Below, in pieces: positions 1 through 6,804 of a stretch of DNA of 17,332 nt. The first letter of the stretch is position 1, and every line of letters begins with the position of its first letter. A program made the translations under genes and the position numbers. The notes beneath the pieces are model-generated. The model had not been told where the DNA came from, ran no database searches, and worked only from the letters and a program-made list of their open reading frames with translations. This stretch comes from Candidatus Eiseniibacteriota bacterium (GTDB lineage Bacteria; ARS69). The DNA lies in assembly GCA_052390515.1 (NCBI GenBank), contig JBQTGV010000202.1:1-17332 (forward strand), in the 5' to 3' direction.

Positions 1-21
1 GGCTGCGGCGGCGACGCCCGT

Positions 22-56
22 GAAACGACGCCGCCCCGGCGAAGGGCCGGGGCGGC
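22..56 (-). terminator. Probable intrinsic terminator of the M43 protease gene
   Basis: Perfect 11-bp inverted repeat GCCGCCCCGGC (30-40) / GCCGGGGCGGC (46-56) with a 5-nt loop. Followed on the minus strand by GTCGTTTC (weak U-tract), 40 nt after the TAG at 97. Confidence 0.7.
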
Positions 57-96
57 TGTGCGAACCGTTTCCGGGGTCGGCCCCCAGAAGGCCACG

Positions 97-1785
97 CTAC
101 TCCAGGATTACCATCTTGCGCTGCGCGACGTCGCCGCCGGCGACCAGCCGGTAGAAGTACACGCCGGCGGTCAGCGAGCGGTTCTCCAGCCCGACGGAGT
201 GCGGACCGGCCGCGCGGGTCTCGTCGAGCAGGTTGAGCACGCGCTTGCCCGTCACGTCGTACACGTCCAGGGTGACGTGACGCGCGTCCGGCAGGTTGAA
301 GGAGATGGTGGTGCCGGCGCGATACGGGTTCGGCCGGTTCTGCGCCAGGGAGAAGGTCCCCGCCGCCCTGGCGGCGTCGAATCCGTCGGGTGCCTCGGCC
401 ACGGCCACGAGCTTGGCCGGCGGCGCCGCGGAAGTGAGGCCGCGCCAGGTGATGGAATCGATGTAGACGTCGTCGTTGTTGTCGCTGGCGTCACACATGA
501 AGCGCAGTTTCGCGTTCGTCGGCAGCGCGAACCCGCTGATCGGGACGGTGGCCACGTAGAACGTGTTGTTGTTGAAGTGGACGCCGGCCGCGTACGACAC
601 GACGGTCTGCCACACGGATCCGTCGAAGTACTGCACCCGGAAGTCCTCGTTCGTCTCCATGCTGACGGCTTTGAAGTAGAACTCCACCTCGAGCGACGCG
701 TACGACGTCACGTTGTAGCCGAGCGTGTGGTAGAAGGACGACGCCGTGCCGCTGTTGTCCTGGATGTCACCCGCGGCGACGCCCTGCCAAGCGTGCGTCC
801 CGCCGGTGTAGCGCGACATGTCCGCCCCGCCGTCCGTGTACGAGCCCATGCCGCTCTCGAAGTCGTCGAACGTGATGGTGGCCGGCCCGCCGCCCCCACC
901 GAGCATCGTCGGGCGGTAGAGCGCCATCTGCGCGTCCATGCGCGCCGACTGGCCGGCGGTGAAGTTGTTCATGCAGGAGTCGTCGGTGTAGTCCATGAAG
1001 TTCGTGATGGGATCGTTGCCCGGGCTCGTGCAGGTGTTCCGCCCCACGGGGCAACCGAACGCGGGACTGGCCTCGGCCGGCGTGTCGGAGACGAAATCGC
1101 CGCTGCCGGTGCAGCCGCCCTGGAAGGTGTGGTACAGCCCGACGAAGTGCCCGACCTCGTGCGTGCCGGTATCGCCCTCGTTGTACGGGAAGGCGCTACC
1201 GCCGGGCAGCGACGAATAGAGACACACGACCCCGTGCATGTTGCTGTTCTCGGGATAGGACCACGGGAACGTGGCGTAGCCCAGGAGTCCGCCGCCGATG
1301 TTGCAGGAGTAGAAGTTGAGGGTCGTGGCCGGGCTGATGGCCAACGCGTTCTTCATCGCCGACTCGTTGGCCGAGCCGGGAGTGTGCTGCGACCAGCCGG
1401 TGTTGTTCGTGCGGTCGATGCTGGCGAGCGAGAACTGGAAGTTCGTGCTGGCGTACGCGCCGTTCAGCACGGCGATCTGGTTGTTGATCTGCGTGTCGGT
1501 CACGTCCCAGGCGCCACTGCTGCTGCGCACCACGTGGACGGCGACCGGGATGGTGGTGATGGCCCGGAAGGAATCCTGCGGATGGTCCGCGAGCCAGCGA
1601 TCGATCTGGGCCTGGATCCGCTCCAGCTCCTCCGTCGTCGGGACATGCGTGGCACAGCGCTCCCCTTCGACGGAGCTTCCGTCGGGTGCCAGATAGGTCA
1701 CGTGGTAGGCGGGGGAGGCGTTCAGGGGGCCGGCGAACACCGCCGAGAAGGCGAGGCCGGCGAGTGCGGCGAAACAGCGCTTCAT
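97..1785 (-). CDS. Secreted M43 (pappalysin/ulilysin-family) zinc metalloprotease with accessory beta domain and T9SS-type-A-like C-terminal domain
   Basis: ATG at 1785 preceded by GAAGGAG. Signal peptide MKRCFAALAGLAFSAVFAGPLNA, Cys-switch-like ERCAT, zinc motif HEVGHFVGLYH, Met-turn NFMDY. Gly linker, then a ~150-aa beta-rich domain. C-terminus LAQNRPNP...VYDVTGKRV...AGVYFYRL...RKMVILE. Confidence 0.92.
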   Translation of the reverse strand: MKRCFAALAGLAFSAVFAGPLNASPAYHVTYLAPDGSSVEGERCATHVPTTEELERIQAQIDRWLADHPQDSFRAITTIPVAVHVVRSSSGAWDVTDTQINNQIAVLNGAYASTNFQFSLASIDRTNNTGWSQHTPGSANESAMKNALAISPATTLNFYSCNIGGGLLGYATFPWSYPENSNMHGVVCLYSSLPGGSAFPYNEGDTGTHEVGHFVGLYHTFQGGCTGSGDFVSDTPAEASPAFGCPVGRNTCTSPGNDPITNFMDYTDDSCMNNFTAGQSARMDAQMALYRPTMLGGGGGPATITFDDFESGMGSYTDGGADMSRYTGGTHAWQGVAAGDIQDNSGTASSFYHTLGYNVTSYASLEVEFYFKAVSMETNEDFRVQYFDGSVWQTVVSYAAGVHFNNNTFYVATVPISGFALPTNAKLRFMCDASDNNDDVYIDSITWRGLTSAAPPAKLVAVAEAPDGFDAARAAGTFSLAQNRPNPYRAGTTISFNLPDARHVTLDVYDVTGKRVLNLLDETRAAGPHSVGLENRSLTAGVYFYRLVAGGDVAQRKMVILE

Positions 1786-1935
1786 GTCTTCTCCTTCGAG
1801 CATGGACTCCGTGCGGGACACACTTCATCAAGGCCCGGACGCGGGCACATCGCTCGCGCCGGCGAGGAGAAACGACGGGGGAATGGTCCGGACGCCGGGG
1901 GCCTCCACGCCCCGGATGCACGCGGGACGGGGGGC

Positions 1936-1964
1936 AATCTAGCACCTGGGGGGGGCCGTGAGAA
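1936..1964 (-). promoter_or_regulatory. Putative sigma70-type promoter for the M43 protease
   Basis: Minus strand TTCTCA (1964-1959), 17-nt spacer, TAGATT (1941-1936) with TG at the extended -10 position (TGcTAGATT), in a 200-bp intergenic gap. Confidence 0.5.
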
Positions 1965-1986
1965 CCGGCAAGGCAGCGGCGACGAC

Positions 1987-3378
1987 TCAAAGGTACCCCA
2001 GCGCTTCGAGCCGGCGGATCAGCTCCGCGTCCAGATCCCGCGACTCGTCGTCTTCCCGCAGGCGCAGCTCGCCCCACCAGCGGTCCAGGATCAACTCCAG
2101 CCGAGCGACCGTCTCCGGGAAAGTGGCCAGCAGGTTGCGTCGCTCGCCGGGGTCCACCTCCACGTCGTACAGTCGCCGCTCGGTGTGGTAGGCGCGCTCG
2201 GCGAACAGCGCTCCGAGGTTGTTGTAGTCCGCGGCCGCGCCGTCCTCGGCGCGACGGAACACGAAGCTCCGGATGAGCTTCCACCGGCCGGACCGAACGG
2301 CCTGGTGGTAGCGCCGCTTGTGCTTCACCTCGCTGAAGGCTTCGCGCGGACCGTCGTCGGCGAAAAGGCCTTTCCCGGAGACGCCCGGGGCCACGGGGAG
2401 ACCGGCGCATTCGAGCAGGGTGGGCAGGATGTCCACGTGCGAAACGGGCCGGGCGGCGGTCGGCTCCGGGAGAGGCGGCACGCGCACGGCCGCGCCGATG
2501 CGCAGCGCGAACGGGACGCGGACCAGCTCCTCGTGCAGCGATTGACCGTGGCCGACGAGCCCGTGGTCGAGCAGTTCCTCGCCGTGGTCGGCGGTCAGCA
2601 GCACGGTGCTCCGGTCGCCGGCGCCGGAGCCGTCCAGCCACTCGAGGATCGCGCCGACGCGCTCATCCGCCTCCTCCACGGCGAGGCGGTAGGTGGCCCT
2701 CAGGAAGCGCGTCTCGTCCTCCGTGGGGGAGACGTTCCCCTTCCGGAGCTGTTTCTTGAACGCCTTCCAGCCCCGCGCGTCCCAGCGGTGGAACGCGAAC
2801 CGGCCAGTGGCGAACCGCTCGGCCCGCTCCGCCACCGTGGCGCCGAACGGCCAGTGCGGCTCGATGAGGTGCAGGTAGAGGAAGGCGGGCTTCTCGCCGC
2901 GCAGCGGATCGAGACTCTCCAGCGCGGCGAGAATGCGCGTGCCGCCTCCCGCGTCCGCGTCGAACACGTCGAACCCGCGCCCGAAGCCCAGCGAAGGATC
3001 CATCTGGGCGTTGTGTGCGAGGCCGATGGTCCGGTAGCCCGCGTCGCGGAACAGCTCGGCCATGGTCGGCATCCCGGACGGCAGCAGGACCGTCGAGGCC
3101 TTCGCATCGCCTTTCGCCACTTCCAGGACGCCGTGCTCCGACGGGTGGCGTGAGAGGAAGATCGACGGGACGGAAGGCTTCGTCCAGGACGACGCCGCCA
3201 CCGCGACCGGGGCGGTCCAGGCCGACGCCGCGAATGCGGACATCGCCGGCGTCTCCGGCGGCCCGGTCTCCTCCCAGATCGAAGCCGGGCGAAGGTCGTT
3301 CGCGAGGCAATCCGCGCGGAGCGCATCGACGCAGACCACGACTACGTGAGGAGACGCGCAGCGGTTCGTTCGAGTCAC
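1987..3378 (-). CDS. Sulfatase-like hydrolase/transferase (alkaline phosphatase superfamily), Thr at the nucleophile position
   Basis: GTG at 3378 overlaps the upstream TGA (GTGA); the longer track ORF to 3942 overlaps the upstream gene. Motifs VVVVCVDALRAD, SSWTKPS, FLYLHLIEPHWP, TADHGEE, GHGQSLHEELVRVP, VDILPT, LYDVEVDPGE, C-terminal RLEALGY. Confidence 0.88.
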   Translation of the reverse strand: MTRTNRCASPHVVVVCVDALRADCLANDLRPASIWEETGPPETPAMSAFAASAWTAPVAVAASSWTKPSVPSIFLSRHPSEHGVLEVAKGDAKASTVLLPSGMPTMAELFRDAGYRTIGLAHNAQMDPSLGFGRGFDVFDADAGGGTRILAALESLDPLRGEKPAFLYLHLIEPHWPFGATVAERAERFATGRFAFHRWDARGWKAFKKQLRKGNVSPTEDETRFLRATYRLAVEEADERVGAILEWLDGSGAGDRSTVLLTADHGEELLDHGLVGHGQSLHEELVRVPFALRIGAAVRVPPLPEPTAARPVSHVDILPTLLECAGLPVAPGVSGKGLFADDGPREAFSEVKHKRRYHQAVRSGRWKLIRSFVFRRAEDGAAADYNNLGALFAERAYHTERRLYDVEVDPGERRNLLATFPETVARLELILDRWWGELRLREDDESRDLDAELIRRLEALGYL

Positions 3379-5069
3379 GGAGCGATCCTCGTGATCTTGG
3401 TGGATGACGTCGTCTCCGACGCGCGGAGGCGAACGAAGTAGATTCCGGAGACGACGGGGCTGCCGCCGTCGGTGGTGCCATCCCAGGGAACGAGACTCTC
3501 GCCTCCCGGGAGCGGGCCGGAGACGAGCGTGCGCACACGCCGTCCGGCGACGTCGAAGATCTCCAGCAGCGCGTCCGGCTCCGCCTGGGCGAGCGCCAGC
3601 GCGATGTCGGTGGTGTCCCGCCACGGGTTCGGCCGGCCGAAGAGCGGTCCCGCCGCAGCCACGTCGAGGGTGACGCCCAGCGCGATGACGGAGGGGAGTC
3701 CGCATGGCAGCTCGACCATCTCGAAGGTCCGCAACATGCTCGGCGATCCGGCCGGGGAGCTGACGAGGACGCGGTAGCTCCCCGGAATCGCGGCGACCAC
3801 GAACGCGCCGGTGGCGTCGCTGGTGGTGGTCCAGGCGGCGCCGGTCGGGTCCAGCGGAGCGCCGGTGAGCACGGCGCCGGAGATGCCCGATCCGGCCACG
3901 TCGGTCACCAGGCCGCCCACGTCCAGCGTCGCCGGAGTCCACGACGGAGCGCGCAGCTCGACCACCGCGTCCGCGGTCACGGCCACCCCGTCGATGCGGT
4001 ACGGGGCGAGCCCGCTTCCCGCGACAGGGCGTACGAGCACGTCGTAGACTCCCGGCTCGACGCGAACCGCGTAGGCGCCATCGCCCGCCGTCGTTCCGCC
4101 TGGAACGGGATACGGGTCGCAGCTCCCGGCCTGCAGTAGGTCGAGATCGGCTCCGGCCAGCGCCATCCCGTCCGGATCGAGCGTCGTGCCGGACAGGGAG
4201 ACACCTGCTCGGAGCACGAGCGTCCCGAGGTCCAGGTCCGAGCTCACCGCCACGGAGTAGCGCGCGGCGGGTGCGAGCGCGGCTCCGACCGGGGGCAGCA
4301 CGAAGAGGTCCAGCACGCCCTCCGGCAGATCCAGCGCGAACGCGCCGGCGAAGTCGGTCTCGTCCGTCGAGAGAGGTACGGGTCGGCGGGCGTCACGATC
4401 CCGTGCATCGAGATCCGCGCGGAAGACGTCCGTGCCCGTATCGGTCTGCACCCGTCCGATGACCCGGAAACCGCGCGGAAGCTGGACGTCGAGGGTCGCA
4501 TTCCCGGAGAGGTCCACGGCGTCCACGCGCACCGGCCCGACTCCGCTCGCCGGAACGGGGCCGAAGGCGACATGCCACGTTCCGCGCAGGACGGTGACGG
4601 CGAAGCGCCCGTCGGCGCCGGTGTCGTCCGGGCCGGTCGCGGCCTGACGCCCGCTCGAGGGATCGACGAAGTCGAGATCGACCGCGGCCACCGGCGCCCC
4701 GTCCGGCCCCGTGACCCGACCGGTGAGGCGGGAGCCCAACGGGAGGACGACGTCCAGCGTGGCCGACGAGGCGAGCACGAAATCCCTCTCGATCATCGCG
4801 GCGAGCTCGCTCCGGCCCGCCGGCGGCTCGACTTCCACGTGGTACACGTCCGGCGAGACCGTCAGCGCGTAGCTCCCGTTCCCGTCGGTGTTGTCGTTCT
4901 GGCCGCCGAGATCGAGCTTCGTGCCGGTCTGTGCCTCGAACAGGTCGATGTCCGCGCCGGAGATCGGTGCCCCGCCGGCGTCGGTCACCCGGCCCTGCAA
5001 AGTGACCTGGGCCAGGGCCGGAACCGGGGCGAGGAGCATGGCGAGCGCGACGATGCGAGAAACCGACAC
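3375..5069 (-). CDS. Secreted protein with 5 carboxypeptidase-regulatory-like (CarboxypepD_reg/Cna-B-type) beta-sandwich repeats and a FlgD-Ig/T9SS-like C-terminal domain
   Basis: GTG at 5069 with GGAG 8 nt upstream. Signal peptide ending PALA-Q. Repeats of GxV...GADLD...DxT...GxF/Y...Y.V...P. Tail PNP...IFDVAGRRVRTL...WDG...SGIYFVRL...K. Confidence 0.82.
   Translation of the reverse strand: MSVSRIVALAMLLAPVPALAQVTLQGRVTDAGGAPISGADIDLFEAQTGTKLDLGGQNDNTDGNGSYALTVSPDVYHVEVEPPAGRSELAAMIERDFVLASSATLDVVLPLGSRLTGRVTGPDGAPVAAVDLDFVDPSSGRQAATGPDDTGADGRFAVTVLRGTWHVAFGPVPASGVGPVRVDAVDLSGNATLDVQLPRGFRVIGRVQTDTGTDVFRADLDARDRDARRPVPLSTDETDFAGAFALDLPEGVLDLFVLPPVGAALAPAARYSVAVSSDLDLGTLVLRAGVSLSGTTLDPDGMALAGADLDLLQAGSCDPYPVPGGTTAGDGAYAVRVEPGVYDVLVRPVAGSGLAPYRIDGVAVTADAVVELRAPSWTPATLDVGGLVTDVAGSGISGAVLTGAPLDPTGAAWTTTSDATGAFVVAAIPGSYRVLVSSPAGSPSMLRTFEMVELPCGLPSVIALGVTLDVAAAGPLFGRPNPWRDTTDIALALAQAEPDALLEIFDVAGRRVRTLVSGPLPGGESLVPWDGTTDGGSPVVSGIYFVRLRASETTSSTKITRIAP
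3675..5009 (-). repeat. Five tandem ~270-bp coding repeats (boundaries approximate; fifth degenerate)
   Basis: Units begin VTLQGRV, RLTGRV, RVIGRV, SLSGTT, DVGGLV. DxD present in the first four; DNT/DDT/DET in the first three. Confidence 0.8.
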
Positions 5070-5083
5070 GGTGACGACTCCGT

Positions 5084-6793
5084 TCAGCGAAGGACGACGA
5101 GCTTGCGCCCGAGCGAACGTCCGTCCGCTTCGAGCCGGTAGTGGTAGACGCCCGCCGCGGAGCGCCGGCCGCTGCTGTCCCGGCCGTCCCATGACACAGC
5201 GCCGCGTCCCTCTCTCGTGCCGGGCGCGAGCTCGCGGACGAGCCGACCGGCGGTGTCGAAGATGGTGACGCGCGCGGTGGCCACACCCGCGGGGAGGTCG
5301 AAGGCGATGCGTGTCGAGCTGTGCATCGGGTTCGGCGCCGCGGGATGGAGCGCGAGACCGGTCTGCGCGACGACGACATCGGCGCCGACCGTGCCACCCA
5401 GATCGAAGTTCACGACGCGATCAGAATTCAGAGGGAATACGAGGACGCTGTCCGGCTGGAGTCCGCTGCCGGGCGGCGGATTGGCGACGAGGCGGTAGCT
5501 GCCGCCGGGCAGCCGGATGCCGTACGCGCCGGTCGGGCCGGAGTTGTCGCTCGCGGTCGGGTAGAGCTTCCCGGTGGCGAGCTCGAACGCATCGATGTCA
5601 GCGGCGCCGACGCCGAGGCCGGATGACGACACCGTCCCCGAGACGGAGAAGCCGGCCGGCAGCGTGATCGTCCCGAGGTTCGTGTTTCCCGTGACGTTCA
5701 CGTTGCGCACGACGCCGGCGGCGAGCACCGCGCCGACCGGCGGATACGCGTACACGTCGATCAGGGTCGCCGGGCCGAGCAGCGTGAACGCGCCGCCGAC
5801 GCCGGTGTTGTCGTTCGCAGTCGGCACCTCTTCGCCGGTGGAGAGCTGGATCATGTCCAGATCGGCGCCGACGAGCGGGGTGGAGGCCGCGTCTCGCACC
5901 GTCCCGGTGAGATTGAACCCCGCGAGCAACTGCACCGTGCCGAGAGACACGTCGGTGCCCACGGCGACGTCGTAGATGGTCTTCCAGGCGATTCCGCTGC
6001 CCGCCGCCGGCGCGACCGTGACGTGGTAGTTCCCCGCCGGCACGGCCACGTCGAACACACCGCTGCCGTCCGTGTTGTCCCGAGGCGTGAAGATGGTGGC
6101 CCCGGTGGCCGCGTCCTCGAAGTCCAGGTCCGCGCCTGACACCGGGACCGCTCCGGGACCGAACACCGTTCCGGAGACGAACAGTCCGGGTTCCAGCTGG
6201 ATCCCGCCGAGCGACATGGGCGCGGTGACCGTCACGCCCACGATCTCCTTGCCCGCGTAGGGCTGGCCGAGCGGCGGGATGAAGCGGACGTCGTAGGTGG
6301 CAGCCGGCACCAGCACGCCGAAGTTGCCCGCCGCGTCGGTGTTGTCGTTGTTATTGGTGTTGGTGTCGATGACGTCGCCGAGCGCCACGTCGAAGAAGTC
6401 GAGGTCGACGTTGAGCAGCGGCGCCGCGCTGGTGCTCGTCACCGTGCCGGAGACGAGCTGTCCCACCGGAAGCACCTGGTTCAACGTCGTGTTCCCGGTG
6501 ATCGTGACGTCGCGGATCTCGACGGTCATGTACGGACCGCTGACTGGAGCGCGGAACGTGACGTCGTAGTCGCTCGCCGGTACGGACACGCTGTAGAAGC
6601 CGGTCGGGTCGGTGTTGTCGTTCGGCGTGAAGATGATCTGGTTGAGGTTCTGGTCGAAGAAGTCCATATCGACGTCGAAGATCCCCTGGCCCGACTCGTT
6701 GCGGACGTGACCCGACACCGTGAAGGCCGGGGTCGAGACCGGTACGAGAAGAGCGGCGAGAAACAGGAAACGAAGCGTGACCGTCCGGTGCAT
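5084..6793 (-). CDS. Secreted protein with 5 carboxypeptidase-regulatory-like repeats and a FlgD-Ig/T9SS-like C-terminal domain (paralogue of the downstream gene)
   Basis: ATG at 6793 with GGGAGAG RBS. Signal peptide MHRTVTLRFLFLAALLVPVSTPA. Five ~90-aa repeats VSGTV...DLDF.D...NDNTD..G.F.V.VP...Y. Tail APNP...IFDTAGRLVREL...WDGRD...AGVYHYRL...RKLVVLR. Confidence 0.88.
   Translation of the reverse strand: MHRTVTLRFLFLAALLVPVSTPAFTVSGHVRNESGQGIFDVDMDFFDQNLNQIIFTPNDNTDPTGFYSVSVPASDYDVTFRAPVSGPYMTVEIRDVTITGNTTLNQVLPVGQLVSGTVTSTSAAPLLNVDLDFFDVALGDVIDTNTNNNDNTDAAGNFGVLVPAATYDVRFIPPLGQPYAGKEIVGVTVTAPMSLGGIQLEPGLFVSGTVFGPGAVPVSGADLDFEDAATGATIFTPRDNTDGSGVFDVAVPAGNYHVTVAPAAGSGIAWKTIYDVAVGTDVSLGTVQLLAGFNLTGTVRDAASTPLVGADLDMIQLSTGEEVPTANDNTGVGGAFTLLGPATLIDVYAYPPVGAVLAAGVVRNVNVTGNTNLGTITLPAGFSVSGTVSSSGLGVGAADIDAFELATGKLYPTASDNSGPTGAYGIRLPGGSYRLVANPPPGSGLQPDSVLVFPLNSDRVVNFDLGGTVGADVVVAQTGLALHPAAPNPMHSSTRIAFDLPAGVATARVTIFDTAGRLVRELAPGTREGRGAVSWDGRDSSGRRSAAGVYHYRLEADGRSLGRKLVVLR
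5390..6724 (-). repeat. Five tandem ~270-bp coding repeats (boundaries approximate)
   Basis: Units begin FTVSGHV, LVSGTV, FVSGTV, NLTGTV, SVSGTV. Each contains DxD (DMD/DLD/DLD/DLD/DID) and DNT/DNS. Confidence 0.85.
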
Positions 6794-6804
6794 GGTGTCT
6801 CTCC

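Noticed and set aside
1786-1929. Possible riboswitch in the protease leader (hairpin CCGGGGGC...GCCCCGG at ~1895-1915)
   Set aside because: No recognisable aptamer consensus or expression platform; such stems are expected at this GC content.
58-3153. 1031-aa plus-strand ORF
   Set aside because: Antisense shadow of the protease and sulfatase-like genes. R/G/V-rich with no motifs; high-GC codon bias removes stops on the opposite strand.
6336-6368. Short GTT/GGT-rich microsatellite-like tract
   Set aside because: Encodes DTNTNNNDNTD, a small in-frame loop expansion in repeat 2. Imperfect and too short for a contingency locus.
3675-6724. CRISPR-like or DNA-level repeat array
   Set aside because: The periodicity is only at protein level with diverged nucleotides. 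No identical direct repeats with spacers and no cas genes.
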